A stretch of DNA of 63,288 nt, the filler included, from Reticulomyxa filosa (Eukaryota > Protista > Foraminifera), in assembly GCA_000512085.1 (NCBI GenBank). It is 10 parts of 10 records of this genome, joined end to end, with 100 filler letters (N's around TTAATTAATTAA, not from the genome) between each part and the next. Parts side by side here need not be neighbours in the genome. Positions count along the whole stretch, not along the records: positions 38,136 to 46,198 come from ASPP01023237.1; positions 46,299 to 49,873 come from ASPP01050146.1; positions 49,974 to 51,408 come from ASPP01022337.1; positions 51,509 to 57,400 come from ASPP01005247.1; 6 more parts are not named here. The stretch is one strand, 5' to 3'. Below the pieces are notes generated by a model. It did no database searches, was not told the origin of the DNA, and was given only the letters and a program-made list of their open reading frames with translations. A program made the translations under genes and the position numbers. Below are positions 39,209 through 51,700 of the stretch, piece by piece (within the stretch, counting starts at the first letter, position 1; each line of letters opens with the position of its first letter).

Positions 39209-39438
39209 TGTAGGACAAGTCCCTACTACGGATTACTGAACTCTGAAAGAGTTGAGGAGCCCCCAGTGGATCAAACTTCTCCAACAACTTTTCTTTAATC
39301 TTTGTTTTTTTTCTTTCTTTTATTGTATTATTCATCTTCCATTTACTTAATTTACTTTTGTTTTGTCGGAAACAGATCTCTTTTTGAGTAAAACTTTTCT
39401 TATTACATTTAGTGTCCTTCTTATCAGCAGACGTCCCA
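39209..39438 (-). mobile_element. Solo LTR (230 bp, TG...CA) with 4-bp TSD ATTG, same family as 34117-34347
   Basis: attg|TGTAGGACAAG...GACGTCCCA|attg. Shared blocks CCCCAGTGG, TTATTCATCTT, TTAATTTACTTTTGTTTT and TATTACATTTAGT. Confidence 0.82.
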
Positions 39439-39787
39439 ATTGTTTGGCAATTGGAACTTAACTTGATCTTAAACACTTGTAAGTGTTGAAATATAAGCAT
39501 ACGTTCTATTTGTTTGATCAAAATGCACTAGCTATATGCAAAAGGTTCACTTAACGTAGTTTGTTTGCATGATAAATTGGTATTCATTTGTTGGATGCTT
39601 GTTGAATTTATTAAAAAATGAATATAATTTGACATACAAACCTAAGAATGAAATTACCAAATGAGCGAGATAATCACAAACACTGCTACCTACTGTTGTC
39701 TCCAAAAAGTGTGACGGGGTTACATAATAAGCACTTTTTTAAAGAAAAGTCAATAGAAAAAATCTCGAAGCAAGCTAAAGTGTAGTG

Positions 39788-42763
39788 ATGGCATCTGCAA
39801 ACGTATCCAATAGATTATCAAAGCTTTTGAATCATCTGGAGGGTATGTTTTGCTATACTTCCTTTTTTTCCTCTTCTCTGTCACGTTAAGCGTCTTCAAC
39901 AGAAATCAAGAAAGATCAGACCCTTCAAAAACAAGAAACAAGTGGCTCAACCATCTCCCCAAAAGTGAGTGTATTAATTATAACAGTGATTGATTATACT
40001 TTTTATACTTAAATATTTTTCAAGGTGAGAAAAGAATTTTTTTTTAATTAACAAAAAAAAGGATCTGTGGCAACGATGGTACGACATACAAGTGAATGTA
40101 AAAGAGTTACAAAAAATTTTGGATCATGACAACTTTGAGATGCGAGATAAACTTCGAGAGGTGCTGAAAGATGACGTGTTTATTCCTCGTTTGCATCTGT
40201 CATTGTCAGAAGAGCGCGAATTGGCATTGCGACGATTAAAAAAGTTTACGGATACCAAACTGTTCTCAGTGCGAGATTTCGAATCCAACCCCCGAGCAAT
40301 TTTCGCAGCACATGAGATTGGTGGATACGGTGACGGGTCCACAGCGACGAAGATGACTGTCCAATTCAATTTGTTTGGCGGCACCGTTTTCAAAGTTTTG
40401 TTTTCAAATCGAGATGTCTGACACTTTGTCTGTATTCAATACTAAAATACATTGTATACATACATATGTATATGTGAGGGATATTTGGAGAAGAAAAAAA
40501 GAATTGGTTTTTGTTTTGTCATTTATTGCACATTTCCAGTTAGGCACAAAACGACATCACCATTTATTGGATGGTATCGATTCGTTGCATGACGTAGGAG
40601 TTAATAATTGAATCGATACATTTTTTCTTCATTTTTAATCATCTAAAAAACACACAAATAAATACATTGCACATAAAATGGATTTTAGAGAGTTTAAATT
40701 GTATATGCAGTATACATACACATATACATATATATGTGCACATGTATATGCAATGTTTTGACGCACTATTGTGTTACGTGACTTTTTTTTTTTTGAAAAA
40801 AAAAAGTGCTTTGCGTTGACCGAATTGGGCTATGGTAATAATGCAGTTGAAATGGAAACAACCGCAGCTTACGACCATTCGGACGGAACATGGACGGTGA
40901 ACACCCCCAGTCCGTTGGCACAAAAGTATTGGATAACCAATTCCGCTATTCATGCCCATTGGGCGGTGGTGTTTGCCCAAACCATTGTGGATAATACCAA
41001 TCATGGCATTCATGGATTCTTGGTCCCCATTCGCGATCGCAAAACTCATCAACCTTTGCCTGGGGTGCGCATTGAAGACATGGGATATAAATTTGGATGC
41101 AATGGGTAAGTTATCATTACATATCTTTACACAAACTTTGATTGGCATAACAATATTGACTTTTGGGGTTACAATTTACTTTTTTGCATTGTATATACAT
41201 GCGTGTATGCTTTATGACTCACATACATTTATATTTACATACAGTGTGGACAACGGCAAGTTGTGGTTCAATAACGTAAAGGTGCCCCGAGAAGCATTAT
41301 TGAATAAAATGAGCGATGTTGATGCCAAGGGTGTGTTCACCAGTACCATTAAAAAAAAAGAGACCGATTTTTAAAAGTGGCCGATCAACTCTTGAGTGGG
41401 CGCATTTGTATTGCTGCCATGATGTTGAGCTCATCTAAATTTGCCCTCGCTAGTGCCTTGCGCTATGCTGCTACAAGGCTTTGCGTCGGCCCAACTGGAA
41501 AATCAGACACTGCCATTTTAGAATATCAACTGCAACAAAGAGCTTTGATGCCTTTGTTGGCCAACACTCTTTGCTTAAATTTCGGCTTGAATTATGTCAA
41601 AGATAGGTTCGTAGTGCGTTCATTATTTTGTCAATTTCTTAAATATATATGTATATACATTTTTTTAATAAAATTTTAATCTTTCAATGTTTATGATGGA
41701 AATGGACATAGATATTCTGGTATTGGACCAAATGATCCTCAAGAAGTTGTCATCCTGGTATGGCTGATAGTCTTTCTCAAACAAATGAAAAGAATTGTTT
41801 ACGCATATGTGACACAAGATTTGTTTGTCCAAAAAAAATTTAAAAAATGAAAAAATAGTGCTGCGGCATTAAACCTTTAATTTCGTGGCATAGCAATGAA
41901 ACGTCGACTATTTGTCGCGAGCGATGTGGTGGCCAGGGCTATTTGTCTATCAATATGCTCTCTTCTACAATCACCTTTGCACATGCAGGCATGACCGCTG
42001 AAGGAGATAATAGTGTACTGTATCAGAAAGTCAGCAAAGAATTGTTGGACCGAATGCGTCAGAAAAAACACGTCTTCAATGACAAAGAGATCAAAGAACA
42101 CTTACAAAAATTGAATTGGAATGATCCCTCATCTTTGCAATATCTATTTTTGGCTTTAGAAAAGTTGTGCTTGGAGACCTTAGGCATGAAATTAATGACA
42201 GCTGTTGGTGGTAACAATGACAAGCTATTCCATGTGTGGATGAAAGAACAAAGCGATTGGATTCAATCCAGTGCTTCTGCTTATGCAAATCGAGTTACTA
42301 CACGTCTTTGTTGTGTTGATTTTTGTATTTTGTCCCCTTCTCCAAAACTTACACAAATTACAATGTTGTATGTAACAATCGTGTTCGTGCGAACATTTTG
42401 AATAATTAACTACCTTTGCATATACAGATAGTTTTTGAGGCGTCGCTGAAAGTCTTGAAACAAGTCCAAGATGATTATTTACGCACAGTAATTGAAAAGT
42501 CTATTTTGCTGGCTCAATTAGCTGCAATTGAAAAAAATATTGGCAAATTGGTTAGCTATTCGTTGATTAGCACAAAAGATGGCCAAAATTTGGGCGATCA
42601 CATCAACAAATTGTGCAAATTTTTGGCTCCAAAATGTTTGTCGATATGCCAAGCCTTTGGCATTCCAGAAGAACGATTTCCTCCCATTGCTAGGGATTGG
42701 GTTGAATATAACAAGTGGGACAATCAAGGAGAAATTTATACTCACCACCCTTTGACCTCATAG
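39788..42763 (+). CDS. ACOX: Peroxisomal acyl-CoA oxidase with N-terminal PTS2; multi-exon
   Basis: Motifs [43 protein letters not shown] and TAEGDNSVL. Exon 1 [17 protein letters not shown] contains RL-x5-HL. One apparent A-run indel at 41351-41359. Confidence 0.92.
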
Positions 42764-43484
42764 ATATTTTTGGTGTGTTAAAAATTTTGTCACTTTTGAC
42801 ATTTATCCTGAAATGCTGTGCAACTGTGGATTCTTTTTCCTTGCATAACTAAGGGTAAAATAATAAAATTTAAAACTATTTCACTTCTTTGAAGATAAAT
42901 CTAGCTTAAAAATGTAAACCTTCGCAAGTTTCTCTGTATTTGCCAATTTTAATTACAAAATAGATTTGGATGATACTGCAAATGCAGCCTTACACCCAGA
43001 GAAATTATGGCACCCCCAACCTTTTAACAGTGCGGTGCTCAATAAAGTGTAAAATGAAATAGTTCTTTTGGACAAATCGCAACAAATGTCAAACAAGAAA
43101 AGATATGAAGTAATTATTAGTTAAAAAAACAGTATAGTTTTAGGATTTTGTTGTGGTATACTTCCACTGTAAGTCTCATGATGAGTATTTTTCTAAAAGT
43201 CTTGCTTGCGTCTTTACTTCTGCGAAAAATCAATGGCCACATTCAATTTTGTTTTAATGTTTCAATTACGCCATGGTTGGCAGTTTAGTTCTTCCAATAA
43301 GTTGCCTCTTTGTTTTTGCGTTATATGGTTGAAGATAAACACGTAACCACAATAAAATAGTTGTAATCCATTCTCCATAATCTGACGTTTTCAAACTAAA
43401 AAATAAAAATGCACAAGAAAAAATTAATGTTATAGATGTTGTCGTGTGTCAAAAAGTTTGAGACTAATATATTTTCCAAAAAAA

Positions 43485-43727
43485 GGGCTGGTAGTTCAAA
43501 GAGAACATGCGTCTGCCACGAAATGTGGTATCCTTAACTGCACATGCTGTGGCTTTGATCAATCTTCAAATTGAAGCATTTTGCTGCGATTTGAGTTGTT
43601 CTAGCAACTGCAACAACTTAAAGTTTGAGGCATAGCTAAGTTTCCATAACTCTGCCTTAACAGTAATACTAACCTTGAAGAAAACTGGTAGTTCGCATAG
43701 ATGTAGGTGCAAGTCCTACCCAGCCTA
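43485..43727 (+). tRNA. Atypical tRNA-like gene (apparent anticodon GCC) with a ~173-nt insert after position 37
   Basis: Acceptor GGGCTGG/CCAGCCT+A, D-arm GTTC-AAAGA-GAAC, anticodon stem TGCG/CGCA, variable loop TAGAT, T-arm GTAGG-TGCAAGT-CCTAC. T10 run just downstream. Confidence 0.55.
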
Positions 43728-44529
43728 TAAAATTTTTTTTTTGACAGTGCTTTAGTAGTTTTTGAAAATGTCGCGGTTTCCTTAAAAAATGTGATTTGCA
43801 GGCCTCAAATACATTCAATTTTATATCACATTTCAAAATCTCTCAGTTTGTTACGTCGCGTGTCAACATGCTGCACAGCCACAAACAAGAATTAACGTAT
43901 TGTTTGGTGAGGAAAAAGTATTTTTGATAAAAATGTTAAGATTCAGCGTGTAGTAGCCTGTAATTGAGTTAATATTTGAAGCAAGGTAATTGGAGGATTG
44001 AGAATACCAAAGTATACAATTTTGAAGATCGTGACGACAGTTGTGGGCATGGACTGTTAGCTGTGCCTTTGTGAAACGAAAAGCTCTGGAATTTCAAAAA
44101 ACTGAAAACAGGCGAAGTGTTTTACTGATAAATACACACACAATTATCATGCAAACTGAAACGTTTGTGCTGCAAGGAACATCTTTGTAGACTTTTTCAA
44201 CATCAAAGGTTCGAACTTGTAAAGAGAGGCAATTTTTGTAAATTAATGGCCATAGTTAACAATTATCTCATTTGAATGTGCTGTAGTTTGCAAAAAGAAT
44301 ATAACGTCATAATTTCACGTTACAAAGAATTAAGTTTTCCATTTTGTTATTCCAAGTGAACAAATGAAACCAATTTAACTCTCAACAATACAAAAGACAA
44401 TTTACACTCAATTGAATTAAAAATCTAAAATAAAAACAAATATTCATGATCAAACAAAGCATAATCCTAATAACTCAGTTTTTTCTCAATTGTTTGTTCA
44501 GACTATACGCAAAATATTATACTTGTATT

Positions 44530-44960
44530 TTCGGCTTCTACAACACGCAGCACATCCGCAAATCTCTGCACATACTGGGCATTTCTATCTACGTAGATTA
44601 TATAATGTATGAAAAACATAAGAGCAAAACAAGAAAACGTAAGACATAAAGTTGTGTGTGTTTGCTTTTAACTCGTCTATCTCGGGTTTTGATGAGTAAT
44701 TAGCGAATCATTGCAGAACTTATTCGATGGAATGATATTTGGATGAACATTGTGCAACAAATTTTTTAAGGCATCTTTTTAAAACGCTACTTCCACGTTT
44801 TTTTCCAGGACCCCATTTCACATTCTTACAAAAAAGAAGTTTTCTGATCCTTTTGTTATTCTTGCATTGATTGCAACTTGTTTTTGATTGGACGTATTCT
44901 GGAAGCTGAATATTCAATTTGATTCAATGCCAATTTCATCTTCGTCAATGAATTTTTCGA
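44530..44960 (-). pseudogene. zf-4CXXC_R1 (CDCA7/JMJD-type) zinc-finger pseudogene
   Basis: SCNQCK...FCKN...CLKKF.AQC and *KCPVCAEICGCAACCR, with TAG where the conserved Trp is expected. A further degenerate segment lies upstream at 45254-45730. Confidence 0.55.
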
Positions 44961-46298
44961 GACTAGGAGCTACTTACTAATCAATCTTTTATGACGTCCA
45001 TTTTTGAACAACTAATATTGTCAAAAGTTTTCACGTTGCTTGTAGGCACAATCAATTTCGTTACATCAGATATTCAAAGAGATTTTGTAAAAAAAAAAAT
45101 TGTTTAAGACACTCCTACACATTGTCAATTTACTACGCAGAAGAACATAATGCTTCGTAAATAGTCAACCGTAATTAGTATACAGTTGGCTAATACTTAG
45201 TCTATTCTCACTTTGCAGTAAATGTAACAACAGTTAGCAGGACGTCGCTTAAACTACTTTTTTTTTACAAAAACTCCTTTACGTACCCGACAACGGTGCC
45301 AATTCGAACATGAAAACTTTTCAATGCAACAGCTCGTCCAATATAAATGAACCAGTTTGATGATAGCAAACAGATCATCGACGCACATGTTTTTTTTAAC
45401 ATTATGTCCACAATTTTTTTGAGCGCGAATATGGTCCATTTTCTGCAGCTTGCTGTGTTTGAATGGCCTTTACTGCAAGATACTTCATTTTCTTCACAAT
45501 CGCGCTATTTATGTCTTGACTTCCGCTTTGGATCGTCAAATGGCTCTCTTTTTTTCAGACCATGCATCCCTTTGCATCATCCATGGATTTTTTTTTAATG
45601 CATGGAATTTTTTTATCATGCAAATTGCATCGATATTTTGTCAATGTATTTGGAGTTGTGTGATGCCAATACCACCTTAGCTCTTTTTTTTTTCCAAAAT
45701 AAATACACTTGGCTTGAGTCATACTCCATGCCACTTATTCTTTTACGGTTTCCTCTATTGAATCGAATGACGAGGAGAGAACTAAATAACACACTTTAAG
45801 ACAACTTAAAACAGAACGTGTTTTCTTAAAACAAAATAAAAGTCTCCCCCTTGAACCAAAAGATTTTAACACAAATTCAAAGTGGATTAAAAAGGAAAAA
45901 AAAAAAAATGTTTAAGTATCAATACAATATAGAAATAGCTCAATTGGATAATGTTATTCACACTTATGTACGTTTCCTGCATTTTGTTTTTTATTCGTTT
46001 CAATTTTTTTTTTTTAATGCCTCCACTTTTTTTCGATTAAAAAATAAAGCATTGAGAAACAACATGCTTGAGAAAGGCTCAATGATAAAAAAAACGATTG
46101 AATTTTTCAAAAACGTAAATGCACAGATTAAATAGAGATCACTTTCATAATGTTTACAGCTTTCAAATATTTAAGCTGTTTGTTTTTTAAAAAAAAAANN
46201 NNNNNNNNNNNNNNNNNNNNNNNNNNNNNNNNNNNNNNNNNNTTAATTAATTAANNNNNNNNNNNNNNNNNNNNNNNNNNNNNNNNNNNNNNNNNNNN

Positions 46299-47400
46299 TC
46301 AGTTTATCGAAATCATTTATCCATCCAAATGTAATGTATAATATTCGAATCCAATGCTGGATAATGATTTGGATTTCATTTTCATCTGGCTAATTCAATC
46401 ACAAGCCAAACACAATAAATACAATTAAACTTGAAGACAATCAACTTTTAGAAATTTGGAATAAAACTTACCATTACTAGTTGAGTTAAAGTTTGTTCAT
46501 GATTGATAAGATCTGTCATTTTGCAACGATATTCTTCAATGATGTAAAATGGAAAAGTTTTCCTTTTTTTTCAAGTTCAATAAAGGGACTTTAAAAAATA
46601 GAATTTTGCAATATCTGTATTTTTTCTTAATGAAGAAGCAAAAGAAAAATAAATAAAATGAAAACTAGACAGAAAAACAAAGATTTATTGAAAATAAATT
46701 ATATCTAGTTCTTTTTCATAATTCTTTGATAGAAATTGGATGTTGCAACTGAACGCTCCAGAACAAATTAGTCATTTTATTAATTTGATTTGCAATCAAG
46801 TTGCAAACAGTTCAGTTGACCCTTTTCTTTTTTTTCTTAAAGCATAAAAATTTCATTTACTTTCTTTTCAATGATATAAATTTAAAATATCTTATTCTAT
46901 TATTTCCTTTGATCATATACACTTCATTCTTATTTGATTGAATTAAAAAAAAAATTGTTTTGATAATGATATGGCAAAAATTTTACTGAATAGTCAATAT
47001 TATTTACACAATTAGTATGTTCAGTGAATGCATTGATTAATTTGGATGATGAGCAATATACAGATTAAAATTGATAGTTGATAATAAAATAGAAGATTCA
47101 TAAGATTATTTTTTGTGTTAAAGATTTAATTTTTGAAGTAATTATTGATAATATTGAGTTAATTTGGAATTATTTTCTTCCAATGCTTTAATTATTGTTT
47201 TTCTTTATCATTAAAACTTTTTTTTATTATTTCAATATCTGCTTGGTGCTACATTTGTCTCAAATTACCTTCATTTATTAAATGATTATTTAAATCTTTT
47301 AATTTTCCTTTAAAATTGCATGTAATATCACGTGATTGAATTGGACAAGAGTTGTTTGTTTTAAGAAATAATTGTAGACAATGCTCTTCAGTCTTTACTC
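46299..47400 (-). pseudogene. Decayed RING/TRAF-zinc finger + coiled-coil + pre-WD40 family member
   Basis: HCLQLFLKTNNSCPIQ...CNFKGKLKDLNNHL and EIQIIIQHWIRILYITFGWINDFDKL, a motif I recall from an expanded Reticulomyxa WD40 family. Many stops. Confidence 0.55.
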
Positions 47401-48056
47401 ATCTTTTGCGCTTTCTTCCTTTGCTTGCTTCATTTTTTTTTGTTTATAAAAATGAAGAGATGTAGTTCTCTTTTATGAAGATTTTCTATTTAAAAACAAT
47501 GCAATTTCACAAAAATCAATTATAATTTTTCCTTATTCTTTTCACCTTGCTGACTTCTGAGTAGTAAAACTTGTGCAATTCAATTGTTTATTCTTTGTGT
47601 CTATTGAAGATTTCACAGTGAATTACTCTGTTTACAATAATTGTTTTCAACTGAAAATTGTCTTATAATGAAATTGTATTAATAATTATACAAACTTAGA
47701 AATATATTTGAGTTGTCCAAATGCTCTTCTTTCCAAAACGCCACTTGGTTGGGTTGTGTGATGTTTAGCCTTGGAGTACTGTAATGCAGGATGAGTGAAG
47801 ATGTAATAGCTTATAAAAGGACCTAAGCATCGATAACAAAATTAAAATATGTATAAAAAAATGAAATGATCAAACCAATTTGGGATGATAGACAAATATA
47901 TTGCAAACGTATTTGTGAAATTCCGGTGAATAAAGCTTGGTGTGGTAAAAATTTAGACCGCAATCAGTTTTGAATTTATTAATTTATTTTTTTTATATAT
48001 AAAAAGATGGGTAATAAAAAGAGTAACAAAACAGTCAAAAATTTAATAAGCGATTT

Positions 48057-48700
48057 TCAAGTGATTTGCGCCCAAAAAACGACACCTGCGGTACAAAACC
48101 CAAAAGCGATACATCGAATGCAATACATCCACCGGACATTTGCTCTGAATTGCCACAAATGCTCACGTATGCTTGGCCTTGGCTTTAACCTTAGTCTTCT
48201 TGTTGTTGCTCTTGTCAACACGACTGGTCTTGTTATACCCATGGGCAATGGGGAATGTACCCAACTCCTTTTTGTACCGACGTAGGCCGTGGTAATTGGA
48301 ACCTCGTTACCCAACCAGCGTAGTCTTTTGTACACTGGTCTTTTCATTTCGCACTTTGTTTCCTTTTTTTTTTTTGTGTATAAATAATTTATTGGTTTTG
48401 TGCAAAGGATTAAGAACAGTAAGGAAGAGCGTGAGGGGTGAAAAAAAAGGACCAATTGTTGCAAAAAGTTCAACTTCTATGTGGGATAGCTTAATCTGGA
48501 TATGCCTTATTGACACAAAAAATTCGGCGCATAGACCCAACAAAACGCCTTTTTGCAACATATTTTGTGTTTTATTTGTGATTGTAAAGATTTTCTTATT
48601 GTGTTTCCAAGATCTTGCCATGATTATGTATCCGCATGGAAAAGAGAGCATTTTGTCTGCAAAGATCAAATCTACCAATTCCTGTGCTCCGTTCACCATT
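48057..48700 (-). CDS. Hypothetical protein with C-terminal hydrophobic tail (model uncertain)
   Basis: GC-richer exon-like ORFs ending IAFGFCTAGVVFWAQIT*. Confidence 0.3.
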
Positions 48701-51700
48701 TTTTTTTTGGTTTCACTCTATCAACACATCTCCTTCACATACTTATCGCTTCAATTTATCAAAACACTTTAGGTTTTTTTTTAGAAGTAATATCACTCCC
48801 CCCCTTTTTTTTAAAAACAAAAAAAAGTGCAATTTTAAATTATATAAAAAAAAGGAAGGAATATTATCTCCCAACGACATTGGGACTAAATGCGTATGGG
48901 GTTTTTGCACTTGTCAATGAAGCTTGGAAAGCTGCATGAAGCAGTTCCATCGATGGCCAAATATATCTATGCGGATTTTGATGCAGGAAAGGATAAGGAT
49001 CACAGCAACGGTGGTCCCTCGCAAATACAATACGATTGGTGGAATCCTGCTCAACTCAAACAACACGTAACTGAGTTTTTTGGAACTCGAACAAGCCCCC
49101 TTTTTTTCCTCCAGTCGTTTGGAGTTTCAAAGTGATGCTTTGGACAATCTATGGACTGCTTTGGAACAATTGGCAAGTGGCTTATGTTCCAATTCGAGTG
49201 CCAAACAACTGTCCTTTTTCAAACGAAGGATGTACTACTCTTTGACTCAACAATTTGGATGAAATCCAAGTAATACAACTTTTGCCATTGTATTTTGAAG
49301 TCCCATTGTATAAATCATTCAGCGTGTCAATCCCCATTTGCACAAAGTGCGTCGGAAGGCTAGAGCTTTATTCTCTTGGTACACGGACTCAGTCTACCAA
49401 CTCGATTATCATGCCATTAAAAACTTGGAGTTGCCAACAACCCAGGATATAGCTATTATGCATTATATGACTTGAGCTATGCCATTTTGATGTTTCACGG
49501 AGGGATTGAGCGAGTGCAACGTCGCATTCGAAAGGCTCCATCTCAATATCCTAGGTGTGACAAGGGCAATGCTCGTTATCAAATGCTGCATTTGCAATAT
49601 GGGTATATTTAAAATTCAAGCGCTTCCTCCACCACCGTCACCACTTAAAAGTAGAAGAGCTATCACCAATAATGAGACAGTCACAGAGAAGTTGTTGACT
49701 GCCAAAGACAGTGACAACAACACTCGCAAAAACAAAATTACTTTGGTTTGGGCAAAGTGATTGTGACAAACCTTTTTCTTTGTCCGGATTTATTGTTGCT
49801 TCAATTTTTTTTTTTAACTTCTCTCTTCAAATTTTTTTGATTGATAAATCAAAAATCTTTTATTTGATCTTTTNNNNNNNNNNNNNNNNNNNNNNNNNNN
49901 NNNNNNNNNNNNNNNNNTTAATTAATTAANNNNNNNNNNNNNNNNNNNNNNNNNNNNNNNNNNNNNNNNNNNNATGTCGAAATTTTCTGCTTTGAGATGT
50001 CAACATCCTTCTTTTGATGAAACTTTATTTCACAAATCAAAACAAGACACAAAACACTTTTTAAAAAAAAAATTAATTTTCATTATGTAGCATTTTTTGC
50101 ATTTGCGCAAGGCAGTAATTTTTGTTATTTTTAAAGCTATTTTAATCCATGGCTTGCTTTAGTTTGAAAAAACTTTAAAAAGCAGCCAAATTACTGCAGA
50201 AAAAAAACTAACGGTTATGTTTGACAGTCGACTGAGAAACGTCAAAAACCTGTTCGACGGCAACGACAAGACAAAAGAGTTGTCCGATTATAAAGCTGAG
50301 TTGTTTGCCGTTGCTACTGAATTGGATGCGCTCAAACAAACGCTCACCGCTGTTGTTAGACAACAGAAAGAGTTATAAGCACTAACTCTGTTTGATACAA
50401 TTTGTCTTTTGGGGACCTTTGGGCATTGTGACTGCTTTTTCACTGTTAAATTTGCATTCAATTCTAAATTTTGTAATGTCACATTCTCAATTATAATTTT
50501 TTTTAAATAAAAAAAAATATCGGGCAATCCAACCTTCCAGAAGCAAACATGTCCGGCACCAGCGTGGCGACCCCCATCATCAAGGAGTTGGTGATAGTGC
50601 CCGCAACAGTTTTGCGAGGGTATTAAATTTCAGATATATTATATTTCGCAACTGGTATAGGTGTTCAGAAATCTCAACAATAGTATTTTCAGTAAAATTT
50701 TAAAAAATAGCACATTTTGTATATTCTCAGATATTATACTCTAAAATAACTTTTTTTTTTAATTATATATTTTTTCCTACATTTTCTTTTCTTTTTTTTA
50801 CAGGGTCAGGAGGATGGACTATTTCTCCCTCTCATACTTTGGTAACAAACAAATGGCAACATTCGTTTCAATTGCAAAAAAAAAATTATTTCGGAGAGCT
50901 CATGTCCACCTTTAAAAAAAAAATTAGATCCGAATGTTGTTTTTTCATCAATCAAATCGTCATCTTACTATTCTACTTCTCCTATTTCTTTCTCTTTCAT
51001 CCATTTTAATAAAGTTTTTAATGATTGCGTTGATTATCTCTTTATAGTTTTTTGCATTCTGAACAAAAATAAGAATATTGAAATCAATTACTCGTGAAAG
51101 AATCTACTAAATGTTGTGTGATCGTGCTCAAATTTTTTTTTGAGATAATCACTAATTGTTAATTTTTATTATCAAAACGAAAAAAGAAACATAGCGATGT
51201 GAAACTAAAAGTTTCATTGCTTCCTTTTTGATGCCTTTGAAAATCAATAACTTTTCATTTTGTTTGTGTGAAAGCTGTTGAAAAGCAAAGCAAAATCAGT
51301 GAAAAAAGCAAATTGTTTGATAGAAGAATGATTTACCACATGGTGAATGAAGACAGTTGATAAAGTGTAAGAGAACGCTTTGAAAGCATATTCTTCCTGT
51401 TTTTTTTTNNNNNNNNNNNNNNNNNNNNNNNNNNNNNNNNNNNNNNNNNNNNTTAATTAATTAANNNNNNNNNNNNNNNNNNNNNNNNNNNNNNNNNNNN
51501 NNNNNNNNCCTTTCTCTTTCTTTGAGTGTTTGGTTTTTAGTTTTGTCGTTTGTGTCCAGGAAAGCTTTTATGTTGGTTATGACGGTCGAGATACTATCTA
51601 CAGTGTACTGTCAGTATGAGATTAACGCAGATGAAATTACATATTGCTAATAGAAACTGCTCACAAACAACAAATTCGCGTTTATTCATCTGCACTGATG

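Noticed and set aside
39162-39521. 119-aa minus-strand ORF
   Set aside because: It runs across the solo LTR, and its frame is not preserved in the second LTR copy.
41351-41359. Frameshifts in otherwise intact genes (ACOX A9 run, RBR near 59280 and 59660, ~5700) suggesting programmed frameshifting
   Set aside because: All fall in homopolymer runs with no shared stimulatory motif. Sequencing indels are the simpler explanation; raw reads would settle it.
43485-43727. tmRNA, Y RNA or group I intron interpretation of the tRNA-like element
   Set aside because: It has a D-stem and lacks G3-U70 (not tmRNA), has no Ro-binding bulged helix, and I could not identify group I P7 core motifs in the short insert.
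48850-51408. Coding-like fragments at 48850-49760 and 50149-50620
   Set aside because: I could not build a consistent frame or recognise a family, so they are left unannotated.
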